Assembly: GCA_963796275.1 (NCBI GenBank)
Contig: CAWCKY010000002.1
Span: 480,001 to 544,000, forward strand
Length of the DNA: 64,000 nucleotides
From: an uncultured Acidobacteriota bacterium
GTDB taxonomy: Bacteria > Acidobacteriota > Blastocatellia > RBC074
Reading direction: 5' to 3'
Shown: positions 22,407 through 32,338 of the stretch, in pieces
Layout of the letters: each line of letters starts with the position of its first letter
Numbering within the stretch: position 1 is the first letter of the stretch
Position numbers and translations under genes: made by a program
The notes under the pieces: generated by a model
Told to the model about the DNA's origin: nothing
The model's input: only the letters and a program-made list of their open reading frames with translations
Database searches by the model: none

Positions 22407-22921
22407 CGCCTGCCTCCTGCTTTGCTCGTGCCGGTTGTTGTATTGGATGCCGGGGCTTTGCTCCCACCTTTTTGAGCCGCCAGCTTGATCGCCTCGCGGA
22501 TACGTTGATACGTGCCGCAGCGGCAGATGTTGCCTTTCATCGCCGATTCAATCTCCGCATCCGTAGGCTTCGGTTTCTGCTTCAACAGCGCGGCTGCCTG
22601 CATGAGCTGACCGCTCTGGCAGTAGCCGCACTGCGAAACGTTGACCTCCATCCACGCTTGCTGCAGCGGATGACTTAAATCCGGCGAGAGCCCTTCGATC
22701 GTTGTGATCTTTTTGCCAACTGCGTTCGAGACCGGGGTGCTGCAGGAGCGAACAGCCTCGCCGTTGAGGTGCACCGTGCAGGCGCCACACAACGACATGC
22801 CGCAACCGTACTTGGTGCCCGTCAGATCGAGCATGTCGCGTAAGACCCAAAGCAGCGGCGTGTCCGGGCTCGCATCTACAGTCTGTACTTTACCGTTGAC
22901 GTTAAGCCTGATTGTAGGCAT
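22403..22921 (-). CDS. (2Fe-2S)-binding subunit (IorA/CoxS-like)
   Basis: '[15 protein letters not shown]', 'QCGYCQSG', 'NICRCGTY'; stop overlaps the start of the large subunit. Confidence 0.93.
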   Translation of the reverse strand: MPTIRLNVNGKVQTVDASPDTPLLWVLRDMLDLTGTKYGCGMSLCGACTVHLNGEAVRSCSTPVSNAVGKKITTIEGLSPDLSHPLQQAWMEVNVSQCGYCQSGQLMQAAALLKQKPKPTDAEIESAMKGNICRCGTYQRIREAIKLAAQKGGSKAPASNTTTGTSKAGGRR

Positions 22922-23069
22922 CAATAATTCTCCTTCCTAATCTCTAGTTTGGCTCGTCCCGATTGGCAATCGGTCATTGGCCTTATTTCTCGGGAAGTTT
23001 GCGTCCGTGTCCTGCAAACAACGGCCAATTATCAATTCACGATGACGATGAACTCAACGATTATCCCAT

Positions 23070-25439
23070 TTATCTCAACATGAACGAATAGCGCCCTCGA
23101 TCATGTGGAACAACAACCTCAACCGTCGCTGACGCCGCATTTCCAGCTTTATCGGTAATAACAGCTTTTATGCGATAAATCCGGCCATCGGGATCATCGC
23201 CCTTGCGGCGCGCCTCAACCGCCAGCCGCTCCGTCCATTTCGCCGAATTACCGCTCAGTGAACGCGGCACGATGTTCAACAAAGAACCATATTCGTCAGT
23301 CACCACATAACTCACTCCGTCGAGACCCGAGACCGGCTCTGCCCCCTCACCTTTGATGGTAACTACAACAATCTTTCCATTTGGCGGCCAGATGGTCGAG
23401 GGATTGGCCGAAAGTCCGATGGTTGGTGCGGTCTTGTCTATTCTGACCATAAGGCTGCGCGTCTCTTCGATGTTGCCTGCGCGGTCTGTCGATCGGTAAT
23501 TGATGGTAGCTATACCTTCCGAGCTGATCACTATGCTGCCTGCATATTTCCGCCAGGTCAGCCCGCCATCGGTTGAAAATTCGGTTTCTGCTACACCTGA
23601 GCAGTTGTCCGCCCCGCTCAATGTCACCGTAACATTCTCGGTGTACCAACCGTTTGAGCCGTTCGGGGCGGCAGGCGAAATGATTGCGGCGGTTACCGGC
23701 GCGATATCTTCCTGCGAGAGATCGGCATTCGCCACCGTCCCGGCAGCTACTGCAACGACGCACGAATAGAGCCTCACTCCTCTCAGTTCGCCTCTAACCA
23801 AATATTGACCGGTAGATAAATCGACACCGCCATAAAAACCGCTACCATCAGTCGCCGTCGCGTATGTAGCGGAGTTATCGAGATTCTCAATGGTCACCGT
23901 TGCCGTGTCGAGCGGCGTCCCATCGGCTCGCTTGGCAAAACCCATCAAATGTCCGAGCGTCGGCTCAGCTTTCCAGGCGAGCGTCGGGATCGACGCGGTT
24001 TGCGCGAAGAGCGGAATAGGGTTTATTGCCGGGTCTTCGTAAAGCGTGCTGCCGTCGATCGATCCGCCCGTGGTCAGTCCAGCGGCAAACTCAGCGAAAG
24101 GGCGTGCCGATGTATCTTGTCCGGAGGGAATCGAATGCGGGTTAGCTGAAACAGCGACATTTGATGTCGCCATCGAAAAGAAGATCGTTCCGAGGCTATT
24201 ATGCCCCGTCGTCGATGGGGAAAGCGCGCGACGGGTCTGGCGAAGCGTGCCCTCTATCGAGTTGAGAAATGCGCCGACCCCGACCATCGCAGACCTGTTG
24301 TATTGATGATTTTTGGCCCATTCGCTCCATTGATCGAATTGCGTTATACTGGAGGATGTATTTTCTCGTTTGTAGTTCATCGGCATCGCGATGTCCAGAA
24401 TGCCTTCCTCGGTCCACGCCTGCCAATCCTGATAGACCCGCCAATAGGCCTCTGCCGATCCCCAGGATGCTTCCGTCGTAGGGCCGCCGCCGAACGCGAT
24501 CAGCGCGGCTGAGATTTTCAAGTGAGGCTTGAGAGCGATCGTGTTGAGATAGATGCGGCGAACAAGATTGGTCACCTGATCACGTCGCCACTGGTTCCAG
24601 AGCGCATCGTTCTGCGCCGGAGGCGGAGATCCGACTGGGATGCCATGCCGACTCTGAAACCGTGACACGTTAGTTTCGTTATAGCCGATATTCGTCCCCG
24701 TAGACGGCGTTTGACCCGTGACGGAAATCTCAGGATATCGAATGCGATCGAGATGCAGACCGTCTATATCGTAATTGCGAACGAGATGCATCAGAGCATT
24801 TACGGTGTAAGCTGCTGCATCCGGGTGCCCTGGCTCCATCCAGAAATCCGCGCCGATGCGATGCCCTTGAAAAGTAACGCCGCCGGTCCCATCGGGAATT
24901 AGCGTGCGAGTCAACCAATTATCAGGCCCGGGTATGACCTGCATCGAAACCGGATCATAGCCGCCGTGCAGGTTGAAGATATGATTCGGATTGGTCGGCG
25001 GCCCCAGTGTTGCGGTCGGGGCAAAGGTCGGGTTCTTGTTCCAGACAGCACAGACGATGACGAAAGCATGCATCTCGATGCCATTCGCGTGGGCCTCATT
25101 AATTAAATCCTGCAATGGATCGAAGCCTGAGGCGATGGGAATAAAGTCCGGCAACGGTTCAATAGAGTTGATGTACCAGGAATCTCCGCGCCTCCGCACC
25201 TGTGCGAATATCGCATTGGCATTGGACATCCGCGCATTACTCACAACTGTGACGACGTCGTTGTGGTTGTTGAGCGGTGTGTTGAAAGTGTCGACCCAGA
25301 ATGCCCGGTACTGGCTGACAGCCTGTGCCGGTATATCTGCAACTATCAACATCATACAGAATAGAAGTCCTATTAAATGCCGGTAAGAACAAATGTGATC
25401 GTTATCACTAAAACACTCGGGGCTTGTTCGCTCCTGCAT
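23070..25439 (-). CDS. Family 10-like glycosyl hydrolase (GHL10/YddW-like) with carboxypeptidase-regulatory and Ig-like C-terminal domains
   Basis: 'YRAFWVDTF', 'FAQVRRRGD', 'FDPL..LI..AH..GI..HA', 'YDIDGLHLD.IRYP'; C-terminal 'GSNGWY...V.L...D..SGVA..E...DG' and 'DKTAP' Ig-type repeat. Confidence 0.82.
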   Translation of the reverse strand: MQERTSPECFSDNDHICSYRHLIGLLFCMMLIVADIPAQAVSQYRAFWVDTFNTPLNNHNDVVTVVSNARMSNANAIFAQVRRRGDSWYINSIEPLPDFIPIASGFDPLQDLINEAHANGIEMHAFVIVCAVWNKNPTFAPTATLGPPTNPNHIFNLHGGYDPVSMQVIPGPDNWLTRTLIPDGTGGVTFQGHRIGADFWMEPGHPDAAAYTVNALMHLVRNYDIDGLHLDRIRYPEISVTGQTPSTGTNIGYNETNVSRFQSRHGIPVGSPPPAQNDALWNQWRRDQVTNLVRRIYLNTIALKPHLKISAALIAFGGGPTTEASWGSAEAYWRVYQDWQAWTEEGILDIAMPMNYKRENTSSSITQFDQWSEWAKNHQYNRSAMVGVGAFLNSIEGTLRQTRRALSPSTTGHNSLGTIFFSMATSNVAVSANPHSIPSGQDTSARPFAEFAAGLTTGGSIDGSTLYEDPAINPIPLFAQTASIPTLAWKAEPTLGHLMGFAKRADGTPLDTATVTIENLDNSATYATATDGSGFYGGVDLSTGQYLVRGELRGVRLYSCVVAVAAGTVANADLSQEDIAPVTAAIISPAAPNGSNGWYTENVTVTLSGADNCSGVAETEFSTDGGLTWRKYAGSIVISSEGIATINYRSTDRAGNIEETRSLMVRIDKTAPTIGLSANPSTIWPPNGKIVVVTIKGEGAEPVSGLDGVSYVVTDEYGSLLNIVPRSLSGNSAKWTERLAVEARRKGDDPDGRIYRIKAVITDKAGNAASATVEVVVPHDRGRYSFMLR

Positions 25440-25628
25440 TCTTTCTCCTCGTTGTTGGTTTTGAATCGATGTCCCTGATGCCGTTAAACTGGCAGAGTCT
25501 ATGGTAGCGAGTGCTGCCTGGTCAATAGCATTTCCCGCACATCATGTCCCTGCATCATTTGCATCGAGTGACGCAAATGTATTCATGCTCGAAATCAAAA
25601 AAGCGCTGATTCTGGCACTTGCCGGCAA

Positions 25629-25706
25629 GTGGCGCTGACTGCCAGCTATTTTTCGGTACGACGTGCACCGAAAGTGGATCCGATGATTGCGTTGCGCTGA
25701 TACTAG
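25629..25706 (+). pseudogene. ADOP permease C-terminal relic
   Basis: Reads VALTASYFSVRRAPKVDPMIALR*Y*, matching the ADOP C-terminus (vallAsylPARRAtkvDPmvALRyE). Confidence 0.75.
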
Positions 25707-25773
25707 ATGGTAAATATGTGAGCGAGATGCAGATTTCTTACGGCTGAATATGATTTTCGGGAGGGACAGTGGT

Positions 25774-26412
25774 ATGAAACTCAATCGAAGATTTTTTCTA
25801 AGTACCGGCGCTTTGAGCGCCACCGCCGCTATTTTCGGAGTGCACGCCGAAAATAACCGAGACGATGGCGGGCAGGCTATTGCACCTATCAAAATCAAGG
25901 AGCCTCGCGTTATCACCCGTCTGTTCAAAGACGCAGGAACCATTCCAAACAGCCGTCTACCGGTGCTGATCTATCAAGGCGCCCTGGAATTGCCTAAAAA
26001 CGATCCAGCTTCCGCTATCGAAGCGTTGATCCACGCGCAGCAATGGGGCAACGATTGGCGGAATGGAATCTATAACTACCATCACTATCACAGCACCGCG
26101 CATGAAGCATTGCTCGTTTACAGCGGCTCAGCCAGAGTGCAGTTGGGCGGCGAAGCTGGCCCCATCGAGACCATCAGCGCTGGCGATGTCATCATTATTC
26201 CCGCCGGCGTAGGCCATAAGAACGCGGGCGCCAGCAGCGACTTTCACGTCGTGGGGGCATACCCGCCGCGTCAGAACGTGGACATGAAATACGGGAAACC
26301 CGGCGAACGTCCGCGCGCTGATGAGAACATCGGGCGCCTCTCATTGCCAACGACCGATCCGGTATTTGGCGAGACCGGCCCGCTCCTCGAACATTGGCGA
26401 GTCCCAAGCTAA
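25774..26412 (+). CDS. Cupin domain protein (YjlB-like) with Tat-like signal
   Basis: 'NRRFF' leader; 'IPNS.LP', 'W...WRNGIY.YHHYHSTAHE', 'GDVIIIPAGVGH', 'VVGAYP', 'P.TDPVFG'. Confidence 0.85.
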   Translation: MKLNRRFFLSTGALSATAAIFGVHAENNRDDGGQAIAPIKIKEPRVITRLFKDAGTIPNSRLPVLIYQGALELPKNDPASAIEALIHAQQWGNDWRNGIYNYHHYHSTAHEALLVYSGSARVQLGGEAGPIETISAGDVIIIPAGVGHKNAGASSDFHVVGAYPPRQNVDMKYGKPGERPRADENIGRLSLPTTDPVFGETGPLLEHWRVPS

Positions 26413-26418
26413 CCAGCA

Positions 26419-27750
26419 TCACCTGAGTCGCTTCAATAGCTTCTTGAACCGCTCAATTTCACGCAGGCTGTCGAGATCGCTGTCAGTCTCATATTGCTGA
26501 CGATCGGTGAACCCCGCGCCGATCGCCTCCTCTAAATTGTCGAGCGCCTTTTCCTTCTGACCCGACATCGCATAGGCACAAGCCAGGTTGTAAAAGTCTA
26601 GCGCGCCGCTGCCCCCAACCTTGATCGCCTGCTCCAGGCTTTTGATCGCTTCCGCATACTGTTTGAGATATATCTGGCTCGTCCCCAGCCGATGCCAGGC
26701 CACCGGGTCATTCGGATTCACTTTAACCAATTGCTGATAGGCCGCGGCCGCATCTGCCCATTCCTGCCCCAGGTAATGTTCTTGCGCCTTCTGCGCGAGC
26801 GCGTTCGGCGACGCGGCTGACGGTTGCGATGGCTGGGGTCGGGCTTCCTGCGGGATCGGGTTGACCACATCCATCACGATACGCCACTGCCCCCGCCCCT
26901 GCCCCTTCGCATCGCGTTTCCAGACGCGCGCGAAGTAGCCCTTCTCAGTCTTTGTCCCACCCAACTCATAACTCCCGTAGGCGTAGCCCAGATCGCCGGA
27001 GAGCGAAACGTCGGCTCTGATCGGCTCCCCGCTGAGCGTCATCGTCTGGCGGGCGACCCAACTATGCAGCGCGCCTTCGCCGACTACGGGCATGGCTCCA
27101 GGCCGATGCACCCGGGCGTCATCGCTCAGACGGCTCTCGTAAGCTTTCCCCGCACTGCTTGCTTTAGCCATCGCCAGGAACTCGCGTTCCATCTTGAGCA
27201 GCCCGGCGATCTCTTCATCTATCTTCACGCCCGTGGCGGGCCGCTTGCTCGACGACCTATAGGACGTCAGGAATGACGCATTGAGCGAGACGACTGCCGC
27301 TGGAGTATCGGTCCCCAGATCCACGACAACCTTCCAGCTGCCGTCGCTTTGCTTCTTCCATACCGAGAAAAACATGCCATGGCGCGCCGGCTTTTGATCA
27401 GGGCCGGTGTCCTCAAACACGGTAGGGCCGGTGTTCCAGCCAAGATCGCCCGCCTGTGCTATATCGCCATAGACGGGCGCCCAGTTGAGCACCATCGTCG
27501 AGCGAGTCGCCGGAGCCGGATTACGGCTCAACGACTCTTTCACCTTGTAGGGATGAGGTGCGAAGCCGATGCCGTCATCTGCGAAGTAAGTTATGAAGGA
27601 TTCGCGGATGCCGCGCTCGACCGAGAGCCTGGCAAACGCCCTTTCGGCGTTGATCAATTCAGCTTGCTCGGGCGGCAAACCTTTATCTTGCGTAAACGCA
27701 GACAGGGTCAGAACGAAAAGTAAGAGAACAATGGTGGTGCGCGATTTCAT
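26419..27750 (-). CDS. Secreted protein with tandem NTF2-like (DUF4440) domains and TPR repeats
   Basis: Signal peptide; two repeats of 'AERAF...W.P....A.SGDLG...G......SVWK.Q.DG.WKVV.D'; C-terminal TPR 'YNLACAYA..G....AL..LE.AI..GF'. Confidence 0.8.
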   Translation of the reverse strand: MKSRTTIVLLLFVLTLSAFTQDKGLPPEQAELINAERAFARLSVERGIRESFITYFADDGIGFAPHPYKVKESLSRNPAPATRSTMVLNWAPVYGDIAQAGDLGWNTGPTVFEDTGPDQKPARHGMFFSVWKKQSDGSWKVVVDLGTDTPAAVVSLNASFLTSYRSSSKRPATGVKIDEEIAGLLKMEREFLAMAKASSAGKAYESRLSDDARVHRPGAMPVVGEGALHSWVARQTMTLSGEPIRADVSLSGDLGYAYGSYELGGTKTEKGYFARVWKRDAKGQGRGQWRIVMDVVNPIPQEARPQPSQPSAASPNALAQKAQEHYLGQEWADAAAAYQQLVKVNPNDPVAWHRLGTSQIYLKQYAEAIKSLEQAIKVGGSGALDFYNLACAYAMSGQKEKALDNLEEAIGAGFTDRQQYETDSDLDSLREIERFKKLLKRLR

Positions 27751-27768
27751 CGTTATCTCCTGCGGGGT

Positions 27769-28953
27769 TCAATTCGTTGCGGCTGCGATGATCGCTGCGA
27801 GCTCATTGACGAATCGGCTGAGCGGTTTGCCGGTGGCGCGCGGCGCGCTCGTGTTGACCTGCACAGCAACCGCGAATTTGTGTTCGGGAAAGTACATCAT
27901 CTCGGTGATATATCCGGGGAAGAATCCGCTGTGACCGTAACTGATGCCCAACGTTGTCGGCCTGATAATCACACCCAGGCCGTACTTCGATTCCGGCCCC
28001 AGCTTGGCTGGAACGCCATCTAACATTTCAGGCAGCAATGACGGGTTGAACGCGCGCCCTTCGTATAGCGCCTTGGCCCAGCGCGCCAGGTCTTCCGTCG
28101 TCGAGGCCAGTCCGCCGCCGCACCATTCAAATTGCGGGTTAATGGCAAATCTGCCGTTCACTATCATCGCATCTGTTCCGCCAAACGGGTTGTGGACGCC
28201 CGCATAACCCTGTATCAGACCCGTTATCACGCGACTGTCGGAGGGACGCGTGCTCGTGAGCCTTAACGGCCTCAGCACTCGCTGCGTGACCTGCTCGTAA
28301 TAACGAGACTTCGTCACGCGTTCGATGATCATTCCGAGGACAATGTAATTTGTATCCGAATATTCCCAGCCTTGACCCGCGGCGAACGGCGACGAGGAGT
28401 CGAGAATGTATGCGACCAGCTCTTCAGGCCGCCAGCGCTTGTCAGGATTGGCAGTCAGGTCTTTAGTGAACTGCTCCTTGAATTCATAACGCACCAGCCC
28501 GCTCGTATGATTCATCAGCATGCGCACCGTGATTTCGCGCGCGTTTGGCAAGCGCCCGAACCACTTTTCGCCGCCGAGGTATTGTCCAATCTTGTCATCC
28601 AGCCTGAGCCGCTTTTCGTGAACCAGTTGCAGAGCGACGGCGGAGACATAAGTCTTGCCGACGCTGCCTTGCAGCATCAGATCGGATGGTTTCATCGGAG
28701 TCCCCTTCTCGACGTTCGACAGACCGACCGCCAGGCCGAAGGTTTTCCCATCTGCCAGTGCAAACCCGGCAGTCGCGCCCGGAAACTTACCAGCCGCGTG
28801 CAGCTCGTCGAGCTTCTGCTGTAACTCCGATTTAAGCTCACGCTGCTTGGCCGAAACAGCGGAGCGAGCGCGTGATAAGCCGGCGAGGCCGACTGCCAAC
28901 AACAGCAGATTGAGCGACATGATTCTGACCATCCGGATTGCTTGTGTGTTCAT
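27769..28953 (-). CDS. Serine hydrolase (class C beta-lactamase/D-alanyl-D-alanine carboxypeptidase family)
   Basis: SxxK 'GSVGKT', 'LMNHTSG', 'YSDTNY', 'HSG' motifs; hydrophobic N-terminal leader; start ATG 28953. Confidence 0.88.
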   Translation of the reverse strand: MNTQAIRMVRIMSLNLLLLAVGLAGLSRARSAVSAKQRELKSELQQKLDELHAAGKFPGATAGFALADGKTFGLAVGLSNVEKGTPMKPSDLMLQGSVGKTYVSAVALQLVHEKRLRLDDKIGQYLGGEKWFGRLPNAREITVRMLMNHTSGLVRYEFKEQFTKDLTANPDKRWRPEELVAYILDSSSPFAAGQGWEYSDTNYIVLGMIIERVTKSRYYEQVTQRVLRPLRLTSTRPSDSRVITGLIQGYAGVHNPFGGTDAMIVNGRFAINPQFEWCGGGLASTTEDLARWAKALYEGRAFNPSLLPEMLDGVPAKLGPESKYGLGVIIRPTTLGISYGHSGFFPGYITEMMYFPEHKFAVAVQVNTSAPRATGKPLSRFVNELAAIIAAATN

Positions 28954-28961
28954 AATTAGTT

Positions 28962-29299
28962 GAAGCGTATGCAAATTAAAATCCAACAGAATCAATAGTC
29001 TCGCATCTCAGCGCCGGAGGCGCGTAATGTTCTATAGCTCACGATCCTAACCATAACCTGAGCTCCGGAGGAGCGACATATGAATGCCTACATGTCTCCC
29101 TCCGCCGGAGCTCGTGAAACTTTGGTGATCGAATACTATAAATATCCCCGCGCCTCTGGCGCTCAGGTCCGAAAATGCTGATTCCAATTAACTTTTATTT
29201 GCATACCGCACAGGCCCCAGTAGGACATTCAGATGACATTCTCCGAAAACTCGACCTCAACGATGCGCCTCTCGTCGGTCTCTCTTTTGCACAGTCTTC
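28962..29299. mobile_element. MITE-like element, copy 2 (338 bp, inverted relative to copy 1, with an extra ~88-bp segment)
   Basis: Starts GAAGCGTATGCAAATTAAA and ends TTTTGCACAGTCTTC. Flanks AATTAGTT (28954-28961) and GATTAGTT (29300-29307) match at 7 of 8 positions. Confidence 0.85.
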
Positions 29300-29301
29300 G
29301 A

Positions 29302-32085
29302 TTAGTTGCCACCCTGAACTTTGCGGGCAGCGTAAAGACCCATAAACATATGCTGAGTCTCGCCATTAGCGCCTGGCACGAAGACGAGCCGCCTCGCGCC
29401 GTATGAAAATGTGTGTTGCCCGACGTTAGTCAACGACTGTTCCGCGCCCTCGTGCCTTAGAAAGAGCTTCCCTTCTTTCATAAATACTTCCCAGGTCCGC
29501 GGCGCGTGCGAATAAATCCCCGTGTAACCGCGCAACTCCACCTCGCTAAGGGACTGCGGCACGGGCGATGTTTCCGGCTCCGGCGAAGTAAGCGAGAGCA
29601 GGAGTTCCATGGCTTTATCGCGGGTCTGCGGTAGCGTCTCGCCGCTGCTATTGGTTAGCACGATTACGGCGAAGCGTTGTTCCGGCACAAATTGAATCGT
29701 CGAACCGTAACCGGTACTCGCGCCACCATGCGATACCACGCGCACGCCGCGTTCACGATAAGACAACAGCCCATAACCGTAATGAACATCCGGCGCGCCA
29801 GGTAGTGCGACGTGCGGCGCGGGCAACTTTTCAACTACCAGCGGCGATAAGACATGCTTCCCTCCCAACCTGCCACCGTCCATCATCGCAATGACGAAGC
29901 GCGCCAATTCGGAAACGTTTGAGTAAACCGATCCACCCGGCCACATCGCCACGTTATTGAAGGCGGGTCTGATGACTTCGGCCTTCCCTTGCCCTTGCCC
30001 TTGCCCTTGCCCTACAACACGATGCCCCATCGCCAATGGATAGGTCATCGCCACCGCAGGCCGCAGCGTTGTGCTGCGCATGCCCAACGGCTTGAAGAGC
30101 AGTTCGTCCATCACGTCGGCGTAAGGCTTTCCGCCCAGCTCTTCGGCGAGAAACCCGGCAAACCAGTATCCGGGGCTCGCATACGAATAGATGCGGCCCG
30201 GTTCGGTGAAGAAGACATCCGCGCGCCACGCGCGGACCTGCTGCCCGAGAGCGGCGTCGTCGTTGGAAACAACCGTCGCGGCAAAATCGCGTATGCCCGC
30301 CGACTGGCTCAACAATTGATGCGCCGTTATACGCGCCAATGAAGGATGCAATCCATTTATTTTATTGCCCAGCGGCTCATCGAGTTTGATTTTCCCGCGC
30401 TCGACCAGTGTGACAAGCGCTGCGGCTGTTAACATCTTGGTCGTCGAGCCAAGCCGGAAGAGCATCTCCGGCGTAACCGGATCGCCGGTCTCGATGCTGG
30501 CGACGCCGTAACCTTTGGCGTATATCATCTGGCCGTCCTTGATCACTGCCATGGCAGCGCCGGGCGTCCCGCGCTCCTTCAGCTCAGCCAGCGCCACACC
30601 ATCCAGCGCGGCGAAGTCGTGGTGCTGCGTCCGGCTGACAGCCGTCCGCTGGAAGCGAGCGGCAATTTCATCCAGCGTTTTCCTCAACTCTGATTCAGGC
30701 AGCCAGCGCCCGCGCAACATCACGCCTGCCCGTTTTTCGGTATTGCTGATGTTGTCGAGAGGATTGGCTTCCAACAGGACGAGATCGGCTTGTTTGCCTC
30801 GCGCGATCGTCCCCCTGGTATCATCCGCGCGCAGATATTCCGCCGGCGTTCGCGTCGCGGCCGCGAGGGCGGCGTAAGGCGTCAGACCCGCTTCGACCAG
30901 ATTCTGCAATTCGCGGTGCAACGTGTAGCCGTATAGCAGAAACAGTTCGGGCGTATCCGAACCAGCCATGATCTTGCCGCCAGCTTCGTGGATGCCTTTG
31001 ACCAGCCGGTTGCGAATGCTGATGTAACGCTGCCGCCTTTCGGGATTGGGCGGATCGGTCCAAAACCGTCGATGAGCCGCCAGACGCGATTCGCGGTGCT
31101 TGCCCGGAAAGAAAGGGTAATCGGGCCGTGACCGCAAATCGTCTTCACTCTGCTCGACGGCAAACGAGAGTTTGAAAAATGTCAGCGTCGGCGTGGAGTA
31201 GATGCCCGCCCGCGCGGTCGCTTTGGTGACTTCCGAAACTTTGCGATCGTCGATGTAATCGAGGCTCACCCAGTTGGGTTTGCGCCAGACGCCCACGTCC
31301 GAGACGGAGACTTTGATCGGAGAGTCATCTCTCAGCACGGCTTCCATATAAGAATCGAGATGTTCGATCTGTTGGCCCGCCGCAAGCGCGTGGTATAAGC
31401 CGACCTGTGAATCGACATGGCCGACAACCCGAATTCCCTCCGCTTTTGCCGTTTCGGTTACCGCGTCGTAAACCGGACGCGTTATTTGAGTGGTCAATTT
31501 GATGAAATCGTACCCTGATGCCTTGCATTCACGCACCGCTCGACGCGCTTCGTCCGGCGTGGTAACCGACCGGCCGTTGAAGATTCCGACGGGCCGCCTG
31601 CCCGTAAATTCCGGGCTGGCGACGTAAATTGACGGCCCGTGCAGAGCGCCTTGGGCTATCTTCGTGCGCAATGCCAAATGCTCAGGCGTGCCGATCATCA
31701 GACGAATGGTCGTTACTCCATTCGCCACCATCACGGCTAGCTCGTCGCTCGCCAGACTGTCAGGGAAATCCTCGTCCGAAAAGAGATGCGTGTGCATATC
31801 AATCAAGCCGGGGATGAGATATTTGCCGCGACCGTCTATCACCAGCGCCCCTTTGGGAGCTTTGCCCCCGGCAGCATCGCGAATCTCCATAATGCGCCCA
31901 TCGCGCACGACGACAATCTGATTCTTTAACATGCGCTCGCGATCCATCGGTATGACGTTGACGTTGATGAATGCTATGACCGAACTGTGGATTTTAGTCT
32001 GTGCCGATTTGCCCGCCGGTGAACTCACACTTGCCAGAAATATAATCGCAAGAAACGCTCCTAGATTCTTCTTCATAAACTTCAT
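29302..32085 (-). CDS. Secreted amidohydrolase fused to a serine hydrolase (beta-lactamase-family) domain
   Basis: N-half 'DGRGKYLIPGLIDMHTH', 'AGSD', 'G.I..GK.ADLVLL.ANPL'; C-half 'FRLGSTTK' (SxxK), 'YSY', 'HGG'. Confidence 0.85.
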   Translation of the reverse strand: MKFMKKNLGAFLAIIFLASVSSPAGKSAQTKIHSSVIAFINVNVIPMDRERMLKNQIVVVRDGRIMEIRDAAGGKAPKGALVIDGRGKYLIPGLIDMHTHLFSDEDFPDSLASDELAVMVANGVTTIRLMIGTPEHLALRTKIAQGALHGPSIYVASPEFTGRRPVGIFNGRSVTTPDEARRAVRECKASGYDFIKLTTQITRPVYDAVTETAKAEGIRVVGHVDSQVGLYHALAAGQQIEHLDSYMEAVLRDDSPIKVSVSDVGVWRKPNWVSLDYIDDRKVSEVTKATARAGIYSTPTLTFFKLSFAVEQSEDDLRSRPDYPFFPGKHRESRLAAHRRFWTDPPNPERRQRYISIRNRLVKGIHEAGGKIMAGSDTPELFLLYGYTLHRELQNLVEAGLTPYAALAAATRTPAEYLRADDTRGTIARGKQADLVLLEANPLDNISNTEKRAGVMLRGRWLPESELRKTLDEIAARFQRTAVSRTQHHDFAALDGVALAELKERGTPGAAMAVIKDGQMIYAKGYGVASIETGDPVTPEMLFRLGSTTKMLTAAALVTLVERGKIKLDEPLGNKINGLHPSLARITAHQLLSQSAGIRDFAATVVSNDDAALGQQVRAWRADVFFTEPGRIYSYASPGYWFAGFLAEELGGKPYADVMDELLFKPLGMRSTTLRPAVAMTYPLAMGHRVVGQGQGQGQGKAEVIRPAFNNVAMWPGGSVYSNVSELARFVIAMMDGGRLGGKHVLSPLVVEKLPAPHVALPGAPDVHYGYGLLSYRERGVRVVSHGGASTGYGSTIQFVPEQRFAVIVLTNSSGETLPQTRDKAMELLLSLTSPEPETSPVPQSLSEVELRGYTGIYSHAPRTWEVFMKEGKLFLRHEGAEQSLTNVGQHTFSYGARRLVFVPGANGETQHMFMGLYAARKVQGGN

Positions 32086-32338
32086 ATCGACACCCGCACG
32101 CCATCCGCTCGCTTCTGTAAAACACTCATTTCATGCCCTCCGTTATAATTTTTTGGACACGAATTCTTCTTTCGTGTAATGCGATTGGCGAAATCTGCTC
32201 TTTTCTACCACTACTGTTATTTGATTCAAAGCAAGTCTTGCCCGCGTAATGCACCCTTATGCTACGATTAGGCCGTTCAAGTCTTGAGAATAGCCTGATT
32301 TCTGGCTCATATTTCCCTCACAGAATGTTCACAGTGCT

